Numbered from the stretch's first letter, positions 39,100 to 49,529 are shown. The stretch is 63,129 nucleotides of DNA from an uncultured Bacillota bacterium (GCA_946407495.1 CAMJOB010000003.1:1-63129); one strand, 5' to 3'. Made by a program: numbers and translations. Notes: a model not told the origin generated them from the sequence alone.

Positions 39100-40671
39100 A
39101 TGGATAACGTTATTGAATTATTAACATCTAAGGAGGTTATTGTTGTCTATATCGTTATAGCAGTAGCTTGTCTTTTATGTTTTATTATTTATTTGGTTGA
39201 TCGTAATCAAGATAAGAGAAAGAGAAAACAAAATACTAAAGAATTAAATAGATTAGTTGAAGATGTAACTGAAGCAAATGAAGCATTAGATGCGGTTGAA
39301 GCACAAACTAATGTTGAGACTCCTGCAGTAGATCCTAATGCTGCTGTGTCTCCTGAAATAGTTGCTGATGATGTTGATGTTGTTGGTGAAGATTTCACTG
39401 CACAAATACCTGTAGGTGCTATTCAAGAAGAACAACAAAAGTTTATGCCTGAACCTGCTGATTTACAAGCATACAATAGTAACTTTGCTGAAGAGTTAGA
39501 AGATGATACTCCAATTCGTGAGGAACAACCAATTGTTGCGAATAGTGAGATTGCTCCTATGGTTACTGAAGCTCCAGTTGAAGTTCCAACTGAATTACCA
39601 ACTGAAATGCCAACTGAAGCACCATTTGCTCCTATTGAAGATAATATGGTATTAGATCAAATGAATTCAGTAGTTACAGAAGCTGCTCCTGCAGTAGATG
39701 TACCAGAAGAAGATTTAACTGTTCAAGATCAATCTTTAGTTCCTGAAAGAGAAAGAATTGAAGAAATTGTTTATACAAATGCAGAACCAACTGAAGAAGA
39801 AGCTACTCGTGAATTACAAAAGATTACTGAAGAATTAGAGAAAGCAGCACAAGAAGAAACTCCAATGGAACCAATTGAACCAGAACAACCTGTAGAAACA
39901 GTAGAACAACCAGTTGACGTTGTACCTGATGAAATTAATGTACCAGTTCCTGAAGAAGTAGTTCCTGAAGCTGCACCAGTAGAAGAGAATTTAGTTCAAG
40001 AGACAATGGAAAATATTCCAACTCCTGAAATACCTGTACCTGATGTACCAGTAGCTGAAGAAGTAGCTCCAGAAGTACCTGTTGCTGATGTACCCGTAGC
40101 TGAAGAAGTAACTCCTGAAGTACCTGTTACAGAAGAAGTAAATGATAATAATATTGATGTTGCTAGATATGAAAATGATCAAGAAGAAAATGCAATTATC
40201 AGTTTAGATGAATTAGAACGTAAGAGTGAAGAGATGTATGCAGCTAATGAAGAAACTCAATATGCTGATGAAGGTAATGAACCAATTAGTCTAGAAGATT
40301 TAGAAAATCGTAGACAACAAATTGTTAATTCTGAAATTAATGAAGAAGTTCCTGCTGCAGAAGAAGTTAATGTTCCTGAAGAATTACCAGTAACTGAAGA
40401 ATTAGAAGATGGTAATAACCCAGTAGCAGTTGAAGAAACTCCAGTAGAAGAACCTAAGAATGAAGTTGAAGAATTAGAAACTGAAGAATTAACATTCGAT
40501 GATCATGAAGAATCTAAACGTAAATTTAAGAGTACACCTTTCATTTCACCAGTATTTGGATTTGATAGAAGTAATAGTATTTCTAATCTTGAAAGAGTTG
40601 CTCAAAAAGAAAAAGCAGATAAGTTCTTATCTAACTTAAAAGACTTACAAAATAGATTAAATTCGAATTAA
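39100..40671 (+). CDS. membrane-anchored, highly acidic Pro/Glu/Val-rich repeat protein (523 aa)
   Basis: One N-terminal TM (VIVVYIVIAVACLLCFIIYLV), a basic stop-transfer stretch, about 400 aa of low-complexity acidic sequence, and a short non-repetitive C-terminus (KSTPFISPVFGF...). Confidence 0.6.
   Translation: MDNVIELLTSKEVIVVYIVIAVACLLCFIIYLVDRNQDKRKRKQNTKELNRLVEDVTEANEALDAVEAQTNVETPAVDPNAAVSPEIVADDVDVVGEDFTAQIPVGAIQEEQQKFMPEPADLQAYNSNFAEELEDDTPIREEQPIVANSEIAPMVTEAPVEVPTELPTEMPTEAPFAPIEDNMVLDQMNSVVTEAAPAVDVPEEDLTVQDQSLVPERERIEEIVYTNAEPTEEEATRELQKITEELEKAAQEETPMEPIEPEQPVETVEQPVDVVPDEINVPVPEEVVPEAAPVEENLVQETMENIPTPEIPVPDVPVAEEVAPEVPVADVPVAEEVTPEVPVTEEVNDNNIDVARYENDQEENAIISLDELERKSEEMYAANEETQYADEGNEPISLEDLENRRQQIVNSEINEEVPAAEEVNVPEELPVTEELEDGNNPVAVEETPVEEPKNEVEELETEELTFDDHEESKRKFKSTPFISPVFGFDRSNSISNLERVAQKEKADKFLSNLKDLQNRLNSN
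40021..40131 (+). repeat. 45-nt in-frame tandem repeat, about 2.5 copies
   Basis: GATGTACCAGTAGCTGAAGAAGTAGCTCCAGAAGTACCTGTTGCT at 40042-40086 repeats at 40087-40131 with 4-5 mismatches. It encodes DVPVAEEV(A/T)PEVPV(A/T). Confidence 0.85.
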
Positions 40672-40791
40672 AAACTTGATTAATTTCAAGTTTTTTTAAT
40701 TACTGAATTATACTTTATCAATGTTTAGAATATGCTTTTCTAAACATTTTTTGTATGATATAATACTTAAGAACTTTGAGGGGTGATACTT

Positions 40792-42063
40792 ATGAAGAGT
40801 GTTGGTATATATACTTTAGGATGTAAGGTTAATACTTATGAATCTGAATTTATAATGAATGAATTAAAGAATCATGGTTACGAAATAAAAGATTTTGATG
40901 ATGTATGTGATGTTTATATTATTAATACTTGTACTGTTACTAATACTAGTGATAGTAAGTCTCGTAAGATGATTAATCAAGCTATTAGAAAGAATCCTAA
41001 TGCATGTATAGTAGCAATGGGATGTTTTATTGCGACTAATATGGATACTAAGATAGATGGTTTAGATATAGCAATAGGTAATAAAGATAAAAATAGAATA
41101 GTTGAATTATTAGATGAGTATTTTAAAAATAAGAAGACTATTATTGATTCATATAGTGGAAGATTAAATGAATTTGAAGATATGTTTATATCTGAATTTC
41201 CTGGTAGAACACGTGCTTTTGTTAAGATACAAGATGGTTGTGATAACTTCTGTAGTTATTGTATTATTCCTTTTGCAAGAGGTAAGTGCCGTAGTAAAGA
41301 TTTTAATAAAGTAATTGAAGAGATTAAGGCACTTGTTAAGAATGGATATAGAGAAGTTGTATTAACTGGTATTCATACTGGTCATTATGGTAATGATTTA
41401 GATAAGTCTTTTGCTGATTTATTAAATGAATTAGTAAAGATTGATGGACTTGATAGATTACGTATTAGTAGTATTGAAACTACTGAATTAAATGATGATG
41501 TATTAAATGTATTACGTAATAGTAAAGTTATAGTTAATCATTTACATATACCATTACAAGCAGGTAGTAATGAAATATTAAAAGCTATGAATCGTAAATA
41601 TGATTTAGATTTCTTCTTTAATAAGATAGCTGAAATACGTTCTATTAGACCTGATATTGCGATAAGTACTGATGTAATAGTAGGTTTTCCTGGTGAGACT
41701 GAAGAGTTATTTCAAACAACAATGGATACTTGTAGAAAACTAGAGTTTAGTAAGATACATGTATTTCCATATAGCGAACGTAAAGGAACTAAATCATCAT
41801 ATATGTCTGGTAAATTAGATAATGCGACTAAGAAAGATAGAGCAAGAAGATTAATTGAATTATCTAAAGAATTAGAAATTAATTATATGAAGAAATTTAT
41901 TGGTTCTGATGTAGAGGTATTAATTGAAGAATATAAAGATGGATGTTCTTTTGGACACACAGGAAACTTTTTATATGTTAAAATAAATCATGAGTGTAAT
42001 CATAATGAGATGGTTACTGTTAAAGTTAAAGATATAGATTATCCGTATGTAATTGCGGATTAA
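40792..42063 (+). CDS. mtaB: tRNA methylthiotransferase MtaB (radical SAM)
   Basis: N-terminal TLGCKVN, radical-SAM CDNFCSYCIIP, and a TRAM-like C-terminus. Confidence 0.87.
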   Translation: MKSVGIYTLGCKVNTYESEFIMNELKNHGYEIKDFDDVCDVYIINTCTVTNTSDSKSRKMINQAIRKNPNACIVAMGCFIATNMDTKIDGLDIAIGNKDKNRIVELLDEYFKNKKTIIDSYSGRLNEFEDMFISEFPGRTRAFVKIQDGCDNFCSYCIIPFARGKCRSKDFNKVIEEIKALVKNGYREVVLTGIHTGHYGNDLDKSFADLLNELVKIDGLDRLRISSIETTELNDDVLNVLRNSKVIVNHLHIPLQAGSNEILKAMNRKYDLDFFFNKIAEIRSIRPDIAISTDVIVGFPGETEELFQTTMDTCRKLEFSKIHVFPYSERKGTKSSYMSGKLDNATKKDRARRLIELSKELEINYMKKFIGSDVEVLIEEYKDGCSFGHTGNFLYVKINHECNHNEMVTVKVKDIDYPYVIAD

Positions 42064-42077
42064 GAATAGGAGGTACT

Positions 42078-44270
42078 ATGAGTAGTCTTAAGGGTAAATT
42101 TACAAAAACTATATTTCAAAATCATAGTACTGGATATACGATTGGTATTATAAAAGTATCTGATACTGATAGTGAAGAATTAGCTGAATATATTAATCGT
42201 AGTATTACTTTTACAGGTTATTTTCATGAATTAAATGAAGTAGATACTTATGAGTTTTTTGGTAAGATAGTTCAACATGAAAAGTATGGTGAACAATTTC
42301 AAGTAGAGAGTTATGATCGTTGTAGACCAGAGAGTAAAAATTCTATTATAGAGTTTTTAACTAGTGGTTTATTTAAAGGTATTGGAGAAAAGAAAGCTAA
42401 ATCTATAGTTGATGTTTTAGGAGCGGATACTCTTAAGATTATATTAGAAACCCCTGATAACCTTATTTTGATACCGGGTATTACTAAAGCTAATGTTGAT
42501 ACATTACATAATAGATTAAAAGAGTATGAAGCTAGTTATCAAGTAATTATGAAATTAGGGGATATGGGCTTTTCTACTAAAGACTCTATGCTTATTTATA
42601 ATACTTATAAGGGTAAAACAATAGATATTATATCTGAAGATATTTACAGAATAGTTTATGATGTATTTGATATTGGTTTTAAAAAGATTGATATGATTGC
42701 ATTAAATAATGGCGTAGAAAAAGATGCATTAATTAGAGTATGTGCAGCGACTACTTATATTATGGATGAAGTAAGTAATGCTTATGGACATAGTTATTAC
42801 TATTATGAAGAAATACTTAATTATTTGAATAGGGTATTAGGTATTAGTATTTCTAGTGATTTATTTGATCAAGCAATAATAAAACTTGAAGCTGATTCTA
42901 AGATAGTCGAAAAAGAGGGACGTTATTATTTAAAAGAGATGTATCAAGCTGAATGTTTGATTGTTAAAAGATTTAGATTACTTGCAAATAATGAAGGTAT
43001 TACTAGTAAGAAAATTGATGATGTTATTGCAGAATTAGAGGAACATTTTGGTATCTCTTATAATGAGGAACAAAGAAGAGCAATAATAGATAGTTATGAG
43101 AAAGATTTCTTAATTATTACTGGAGGTCCTGGTACTGGTAAAACTACTATTATGAAGGGTATTTGTGAAGTATATAGAGAACTAAATAAACTTAGTTATG
43201 AGAGATTACAAGAAAAAGTAGCTTTACTTGCACCTACTGGTAGAGCTGCTAAAAGAATGAGTGAAACTAGTGGACTTAGAGCTAGTACAATTCATCGTTT
43301 CTTAAAATGGAATAAAGAAAATAATAAATTCCAAGTTAATGAATATAATAAGAGTAAGGTAGAGTTTGTTATTATCGATGAAGCTAGTATGATAGATACT
43401 TATTTAATGGCTTCATTACTTCGTGGTATTAGTGCGAATTGTAAGATTGTAATGGTTGGTGATGATCATCAATTACCTTCAGTAGGTCCTGGTCAATTAT
43501 TACATGATTTAATAGATAGTGAAAAACTACCTGTTGTTAAACTAGAACAATTATATCGTCAAGGGGCTGACTCAAATATCATTAGTTTAGCTTATGATAT
43601 TCGTAACGGTTGTGTTAAGCGTGATATCTTCAATGAAGAAGAAGACCTAACTTTTATTCCTAGTTCTCCAGAAGAAGTTATTTCTAATATTATGGAGATT
43701 AGTGAAACTTATAAAGATTATAATTATAAAGATTTTCAAATACTTGCACCTATGTATAAGACTATATGTGGTATTGATGAGATTAATAAGAAATTACAAG
43801 ATATATTTAATCCTAAGAGTAAGACTAAAAAAGAAATGCGTATTGGAGAAGTCGTATTTAGAGAAGGGGATAAAGTTATTCAATTAACTAATATGCCTGA
43901 TGATAATGTATATAATGGAGATATCGGAATAATATCTCGAATTACTAGTAGTCCTAAAAAAGAAATAGAAATAGAATTTGATTATAATTCTGTTAGATAT
44001 ACACCTTCTAATTTTAGTAATTTTAGACTTGCTTATGCGATTAGTATACATAAAGCTCAAGGTAGTGAGTTTTCTATTGTAATAATGCCTGTTGTACGTA
44101 ATTATAATAAAATGTTATATCGTAAACTTGTTTATACTGGTATTACTCGTAGTAAGAAGAAATTATTCTTAATAGGTAATTTAGATGCTTTAGATGTAGC
44201 TGTTGCGAATACTGAGAGTGATATTAGAAGAACTACAGTTAAAGAATTCTTAGTTAATGGTATAAAGTAA
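42078..44270 (+). CDS. recD2: ATP-dependent RecD2-type DNA helicase
   Basis: Walker A GGPGTGKTT, APTGRAAKR, IIDEASM, VGDDHQLPSVGPG, and AISIHKAQGSE. Confidence 0.9.
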   Translation: MSSLKGKFTKTIFQNHSTGYTIGIIKVSDTDSEELAEYINRSITFTGYFHELNEVDTYEFFGKIVQHEKYGEQFQVESYDRCRPESKNSIIEFLTSGLFKGIGEKKAKSIVDVLGADTLKIILETPDNLILIPGITKANVDTLHNRLKEYEASYQVIMKLGDMGFSTKDSMLIYNTYKGKTIDIISEDIYRIVYDVFDIGFKKIDMIALNNGVEKDALIRVCAATTYIMDEVSNAYGHSYYYYEEILNYLNRVLGISISSDLFDQAIIKLEADSKIVEKEGRYYLKEMYQAECLIVKRFRLLANNEGITSKKIDDVIAELEEHFGISYNEEQRRAIIDSYEKDFLIITGGPGTGKTTIMKGICEVYRELNKLSYERLQEKVALLAPTGRAAKRMSETSGLRASTIHRFLKWNKENNKFQVNEYNKSKVEFVIIDEASMIDTYLMASLLRGISANCKIVMVGDDHQLPSVGPGQLLHDLIDSEKLPVVKLEQLYRQGADSNIISLAYDIRNGCVKRDIFNEEEDLTFIPSSPEEVISNIMEISETYKDYNYKDFQILAPMYKTICGIDEINKKLQDIFNPKSKTKKEMRIGEVVFREGDKVIQLTNMPDDNVYNGDIGIISRITSSPKKEIEIEFDYNSVRYTPSNFSNFRLAYAISIHKAQGSEFSIVIMPVVRNYNKMLYRKLVYTGITRSKKKLFLIGNLDALDVAVANTESDIRRTTVKEFLVNGIK

Positions 44271-44304
44271 TTATTTTTACTCATAATAAATATGAGGTGA
44301 AATA

Positions 44305-44463
44305 ATGAAAAATAAAACTATGGTTATTATGGCTATGATTGGGACTGGAGTATATATGGGATATAGTTATCTTATGAAGAATCCAGAGATGAAAAAGATG
44401 ATTAAACAGAAAGCTAAATGCGCAACAAAGAAACTATATGAAAAGTTAGATGATATGGATTAA
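44305..44463 (+). CDS. small membrane protein (52 aa), not in the supplied ORF track
   Basis: ATG 5 nt after GAGGTGA. One TM (MVIMAMIGTGVYMGY), followed directly by a terminator. Confidence 0.4.
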   Translation: MKNKTMVIMAMIGTGVYMGYSYLMKNPEMKKMIKQKAKCATKKLYEKLDDMD

Positions 44464-44490
44464 GAAAACATTTATGTTTTCTTTTTCTTT
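44464..44490 (+). terminator. rho-independent terminator
   Basis: Stem GAAAAC/GTTTTC followed by a T-rich run. Confidence 0.7.
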
Positions 44491-44589
44491 TGACTAAAAT
44501 GTCGTTAGTGTGTTACACTTAACTAGCATAAGATGTACCCTAATATGTTGAAATATAAGGGTTTCAAAGTAAAATTATGTAAGGTAACG

Positions 44590-44618
44590 TTGAAATATTG
44601 AAAATATAACGATATAAT
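44590..44618 (+). promoter_or_regulatory. candidate sigma-A promoter for parE-parC
   Basis: TTGAAA, 17-nt spacer, TATAAT. Confidence 0.55.
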
Positions 44619-44647
44619 AAAAATGAATTATTAGGAGTGATAACATA

Positions 44648-46552
44648 ATGGCAGAAAAAAAATATGATGCAAGTTCGATTAAAATACTAGAGGGATTAGA
44701 AGCTGTCAGAAAACGTCCTGGTATGTATATTGGTTCTACTGATAAGAGAGGATTACATCATCTTATTTGGGAAATCGTTGATAACTCTGTAGATGAAGCA
44801 ATCAATGGATATGGAGATTATATTAAGATTACTCTTCATTCTGATAAATCTTGTAGTGTAGAAGATCATGGTCGTGGTGTTCCGGTTGATATGCATGAAT
44901 CTGGTAAGAGTGCTGCTGAAGTAATCTATACTGTGTTACATGCAGGTGGTAAATTCGAAGCTGATGGATATAAAGTATCAGGAGGTCTACATGGTGTAGG
45001 TTCTTCTGTTGTTAATGCTTTATCTAAGTGGATGGAAGTTACTATTAAGAGAGATAAGAAAGAATATTATATTCGTTTTGAAAATGGTGGACATACTGTT
45101 AAACCATTAAAGGAGATTGGAACTGCTAGAACTACTGGTACTACTGTACGTTTCTTACCAGATCCTGAAATCTTTAGTGCAACTAATTTTTCATATACTA
45201 CTGTATGTGAGAGAATGCAAGAAAGTGCTTTCTTACTAAAGGGTATTACTATTGAAGTAGTAGATGAAGAAGATGAACGTAGTTGTAAATTCTGTTATGA
45301 ACGTGGAATTGAAGAGTTTGTTGAAGATTTAAATAAGGGTAAGAATGCTCTTCATAATGTATTTAGTTTTGATGCGGTTAAAGATAATATTGAAGTAGAT
45401 ATATCTATGCAATATACAGATACTTATAATGAAAATATTGTAAGTTTCGTTAATAATGTTAAAACCATTGATGGTGGTACTCATGAAGTTGGGTTTAAAA
45501 CAGCTTTAACTAAAGTATTTAATGATTACGCTAAGAGTAATGGTTTTATTAAAGGTAATGCTGGTAATTTAGATGGTAGTGATGTTCGTGAAGGATTAAC
45601 TGCTATTGTAAGTTTAAAGATTCCTGAGAATTTATTACAATTTGAAGGACAAACTAAAGGTAAACTTGGTACTCCACAAGCTAAGAGTGCAGTAGAGAGT
45701 GTAGTTACTGAGAAACTTCGTATTTATTTAGAAGAGAATCGTGCTATTGCGACTGAAATAATTAATAAGAGTTTAAAGAGTAAGATAGCAAGAGAAGCTG
45801 CTCGTAAAGCTCGTGAAGATGCTCGTAAGGGTACTAAGAAAAACAATAAAGAGAGAAGTTTAAGTGGTAAACTTGCTCCTGCTCAAAGTAAAGATAGAAC
45901 TAAAAAAGAACTATTCTTAGTCGAGGGAGATTCTGCTGGTGGTTCTGCTAAACAAGGGCGTGACCGTGCATATCAAGCAATCCTTCCTCTTCGTGGTAAA
46001 GTTTTAAATACTGAGAAGACTAGAGAAGATGAAATCTTAAAGAATGAAGAAATTAATACAATGATTTATACTATTGGAGCTGGATATGGATCTAACTTCG
46101 ATATTAAAGATTGTGAATATAATAAAGTCATTATCATGTCCGATGCTGATGAAGATGGAGGACATATCCAATGTCTATTATTAACATTCTTCTATAGATA
46201 TATGAAACCATTAATTGAAGATGGTAGATTATTTGTAGCTTTACCTCCTTTATTTAAGATTCAAAGTGGTAAAGAAGTAGAATATGCATATACAGTAGAA
46301 GAGATGAAAGAAAAGTCTAAAGGCAAAAAATGTGATATTCAACGTTATAAAGGTCTTGGTGAAATGAACGCAGATCAATTATGTGAAACAACAATGAAAC
46401 CAGGAAGTAGAACTTTAATTAGAGTTAACATTGAAGATGCACAATTAGCTGAGAAGAGAGTATCTATTCTTATGGGAGACGATGTACCTCCTAGAAAAGA
46501 ATGGATTGAAGAGAATGTTGAATTCTCTTTAGAAGACGACTATGAGATTTAG
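44648..46552 (+). CDS. parE: DNA topoisomerase IV subunit B
   Basis: GHKL ATPase (LEGLEAVRKRPGMYIGS), Toprim (EGDSAGGSAK, DADEDGGHI). Assigned as ParE because its partner lacks a GyrA box. Confidence 0.8.
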   Translation: MAEKKYDASSIKILEGLEAVRKRPGMYIGSTDKRGLHHLIWEIVDNSVDEAINGYGDYIKITLHSDKSCSVEDHGRGVPVDMHESGKSAAEVIYTVLHAGGKFEADGYKVSGGLHGVGSSVVNALSKWMEVTIKRDKKEYYIRFENGGHTVKPLKEIGTARTTGTTVRFLPDPEIFSATNFSYTTVCERMQESAFLLKGITIEVVDEEDERSCKFCYERGIEEFVEDLNKGKNALHNVFSFDAVKDNIEVDISMQYTDTYNENIVSFVNNVKTIDGGTHEVGFKTALTKVFNDYAKSNGFIKGNAGNLDGSDVREGLTAIVSLKIPENLLQFEGQTKGKLGTPQAKSAVESVVTEKLRIYLEENRAIATEIINKSLKSKIAREAARKAREDARKGTKKNNKERSLSGKLAPAQSKDRTKKELFLVEGDSAGGSAKQGRDRAYQAILPLRGKVLNTEKTREDEILKNEEINTMIYTIGAGYGSNFDIKDCEYNKVIIMSDADEDGGHIQCLLLTFFYRYMKPLIEDGRLFVALPPLFKIQSGKEVEYAYTVEEMKEKSKGKKCDIQRYKGLGEMNADQLCETTMKPGSRTLIRVNIEDAQLAEKRVSILMGDDVPPRKEWIEENVEFSLEDDYEI

Positions 46553-46566
46553 GAGGTAGGACGAAT

Positions 46567-49155
46567 ATGGCAAAGAAGAAGACAGAAACACAAGAAGTAT
46601 TAGAAAAAATATTTGACTATACTCTAGAAGATATCATGGGAGAGAGATTTGGAAGTTATTCCAAATATATTATTCAAGATCGTGCAATACCAGATGCTAG
46701 AGATGGTTTAAAACCAGTTCAAAGACGTATCTTGTATTCAATGCATAAAGAACATAACACATATGATAAAGGTTACCGTAAGTCTGCTAAGACTGTCGGA
46801 GACGTTATAGGTAACTATCACCCTCATGGTGATACTTCTATCTATGATGCAATGGTTCGTATGAGTCAACCTTGGAAGACTAGACTTCCATATATCGATA
46901 TGCATGGTAATAATGGATCTATCGATGGTGATAGTCCTGCTGCTTATCGTTATACTGAAGCAAGATTATCTAAGATTTCTAATGAAATGCTTAGAGATAT
47001 AGATCGTGATACAGTAGAGTTTGCACCAAACTTTGATGATACAACTACTGAACCAACTGTATTACCTGCAAGATTCCCTGCATTATTAGTTTATGGTGCT
47101 CAAGGTATTTCTGCAGGATATGCGACTAATATTCCAACTCATAACTTAAATGAGGTTGTTGACGCAACAATTTATAGAATTGATCATCCTGATTGTACTT
47201 TGGAAGAGTTAATGCAATTTGTTAAAGGTCCGGATTTTCCTACTGGTGGTGTAGTAGAAGGAATTGATGGAATTAAAGAAGCCTATAAAACTGGACGTGG
47301 AAGAATAGTAATTAAATCACGTTATAGTTTTGAAGAGAGTAGTAATGGATTATCTTTAGTAATTACGGAGATTCCATTTGAAAGTAATAAAGCACTTACT
47401 GTTAAAAAGATTGACGATATTAGAATTGATAAGAAGATTGATGGAATTGTTGAAGTTCGTGATGAATCAGCAGCTGATGTAAGAATTGTTATTGATTTAA
47501 AGAAAAACTGTAATCGTGAATTAGTATTAAATTATTTATTAAAGAATACTGATATGCAAATTAGTTATAACTTTAACGTTGTAGCTATAGTTAATAGAAG
47601 ACCTAAATTATTAGGACTTGCTCAAGCATTAGATGCTTTTATCGCATTCCAAAAAGAAGTTGTTAGACGTCGTACTGAATTTGATTTAAGACATGCTGAA
47701 GCAAGATTCCATATCGTTGAAGGTTTAATTAAATGTATTTCTATTCTTGATGAAGTAATTAGAGTAATTCGTGCTTCTAAGAATAAGGCTGAATCTAAAG
47801 AAAACTTAATGAAAGAATTTGGATTTACTGAGCCTCAAGCAGAAGCTATTGTTACATTACAATTATATAGATTAAGTAATACTGATGTAGTTGCATTAGA
47901 AAATGAATTAGAGCAATTAAAGAAACAAATAGAAGCTTTAAAAGCTATTCTTGCATCTGAAAAAGTATTAATGAATTATATTAAACATGATTTAAGAGAA
48001 GTAAATAAAGAGTATGTTACTCCTAGACTTACTGATATTAAAGAAGAGATTAGTGAAATTAAGATTGATGCTGATGCTATGATACCTAAAGAAGATGTAG
48101 TAGTTGTTGTAACTAAAGATGGTTACTTAAAACGTACTTCATTTAGAAGTTATCAAGCTTCTCAAGCAGAAGATTTAACATTAAAAGAAAATGATTATGT
48201 TATTGGTTTATATGAGATGAATACAACTGATGTATTACTTGTATTTACTAGTGGTGGTAATTACATGCATATACCAGTACATATGATTCCAGATCTTAAA
48301 TGGAAAGATATGCCAAAACATGTAAGTAATATTATAGAGATGCCTGCAGAAGAAGTAGTAGTAAGTGCTATTCCTGCATATCAATTTGAATCTCCAAAGA
48401 ATATTATTACAGTTACTAAGAATGGTATTGTTAAACGTTCTAGTATGAAAGAATTTAAACTTCAACGTTATTCTAAAGCTTCAAGTTGTATGAAGATTAA
48501 AGAAGACGATGAATTATTAGATGCTTTTGTAGAAGACTATAATACATTAATGATGATTACTGATTCTGGTTATACATTAACATTCCCAACAGATGATATT
48601 CCAGTAATGGGTGTTAAAGCTGCTGGAGTTAAGGGTATGATGATGAAGAAGGATAAGGTAGTATCTAGTTGTACATTTGATTATAATAAGCATGAATTTA
48701 TGAGTGTTATTACTGATAAAGGTACTGCTAAGAGAGTTAGATTAAATGAATTTGAAATATCTTCTAGAACTCGTCGTGGTGTACTTGCAATTAGAGAAGT
48801 TAAATCTAATCCATATAAGATATTAAAAGCATTTATTGTTGATAATAAGAATCAATTAGGATTAAAGAATGGTGAAATTACATTTGTTAAAGTAACTGAA
48901 TGTCCTATTGCTGATAGATATAGTACTGGTTCTGCTATTTCTAAACATGCATTAAGTGATGCATTCGTTGTTAGTGAATTAAGTACTGCTAATGAAGTAG
49001 AAGATACAATAGATGTTGGTAATGTAGAATCTAATAATGAAGAACCTGTAATTATAGAGCAATTAGAGGTGGAAGAAAAACCATCTAAGAAAGATAAGAT
49101 ATCTTTATCTGAAATAGATGATAGATTAATGACAATTGATGATTTCTTAGATTAG
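46567..49155 (+). CDS. parC: DNA topoisomerase IV subunit A, with long acidic C-terminal tail
   Basis: DGLKPVQRRILY, active-site AAYRYTEARL. No QRRGGKG-type GyrA box appears at the first CTD blade (VVTKDGYLKRTSFRSYQASQ). Confidence 0.8.
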   Translation: MAKKKTETQEVLEKIFDYTLEDIMGERFGSYSKYIIQDRAIPDARDGLKPVQRRILYSMHKEHNTYDKGYRKSAKTVGDVIGNYHPHGDTSIYDAMVRMSQPWKTRLPYIDMHGNNGSIDGDSPAAYRYTEARLSKISNEMLRDIDRDTVEFAPNFDDTTTEPTVLPARFPALLVYGAQGISAGYATNIPTHNLNEVVDATIYRIDHPDCTLEELMQFVKGPDFPTGGVVEGIDGIKEAYKTGRGRIVIKSRYSFEESSNGLSLVITEIPFESNKALTVKKIDDIRIDKKIDGIVEVRDESAADVRIVIDLKKNCNRELVLNYLLKNTDMQISYNFNVVAIVNRRPKLLGLAQALDAFIAFQKEVVRRRTEFDLRHAEARFHIVEGLIKCISILDEVIRVIRASKNKAESKENLMKEFGFTEPQAEAIVTLQLYRLSNTDVVALENELEQLKKQIEALKAILASEKVLMNYIKHDLREVNKEYVTPRLTDIKEEISEIKIDADAMIPKEDVVVVVTKDGYLKRTSFRSYQASQAEDLTLKENDYVIGLYEMNTTDVLLVFTSGGNYMHIPVHMIPDLKWKDMPKHVSNIIEMPAEEVVVSAIPAYQFESPKNIITVTKNGIVKRSSMKEFKLQRYSKASSCMKIKEDDELLDAFVEDYNTLMMITDSGYTLTFPTDDIPVMGVKAAGVKGMMMKKDKVVSSCTFDYNKHEFMSVITDKGTAKRVRLNEFEISSRTRRGVLAIREVKSNPYKILKAFIVDNKNQLGLKNGEITFVKVTECPIADRYSTGSAISKHALSDAFVVSELSTANEVEDTIDVGNVESNNEEPVIIEQLEVEEKPSKKDKISLSEIDDRLMTIDDFLD

Positions 49156-49205
49156 GAAGTGAATAACTTCCTTTTCTTTTTCATAAATTTAAATAGGTGA
49201 TGTTT

Positions 49206-49529
49206 ATGTCTAAAGAAAACTTTAAATTATTCGCAAGGAATCATCCGGAATTAATTAGTAGTGTAATGAATGGATCTACTTCATGGCAAAAGCTATATGA
49301 GTTATATGATATATATGGTGATAATAGTGACATATGGAGTAAGTATATTACTAGTACTAGTGATGTTTCTTTTAAAGAAGTTTTTAATAAAGTAAAAAAT
49401 ATAGATATGGATTCATTTCAAAAGGGTATTGATAATCTACAAAAGACTATTGGGATGATACAAAACTTTGGTGGTAAGAGTGTTACTCCTTATGTACCTA
49501 GAGAGGTATATCACTCTATGGAGGATTAA
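49206..49529 (+). CDS. ylbD: YlbD-like protein
   Basis: FKLFARNHPELISSV...SWQKLYELYDIYGDNSDIW parallels B. subtilis YlbD. Synteny with ylbE, ylbF and rsmD supports the call. Confidence 0.6.
   Translation: MSKENFKLFARNHPELISSVMNGSTSWQKLYELYDIYGDNSDIWSKYITSTSDVSFKEVFNKVKNIDMDSFQKGIDNLQKTIGMIQNFGGKSVTPYVPREVYHSMED

Noticed and set aside
39207-40182. Two 63-aa antisense ORFs (39207-39398 and 39991-40182) within the acidic repeat protein gene.
   Set aside because: These are open antisense frames generated by the GAA/GTA/CCT-rich repeat composition. No RBS is present, and the sense frame is continuous over 523 codons.
33579-44270. Two SF1 helicases (33579-35609 and 42078-44270) were considered as possible components of an anti-phage system.
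   Set aside because: Their motif content and length match housekeeping HelD and RecD2. Their neighbours are a TCS, a flippase and mtaB, not nucleases, methylases or other defence partners.
44648-49155. Initial reading as gyrB-gyrA.
   Set aside because: There is no GyrA box at the start of the C-terminal domain, and there is no dnaA/dnaN/recF context. Reassigned to parE-parC.
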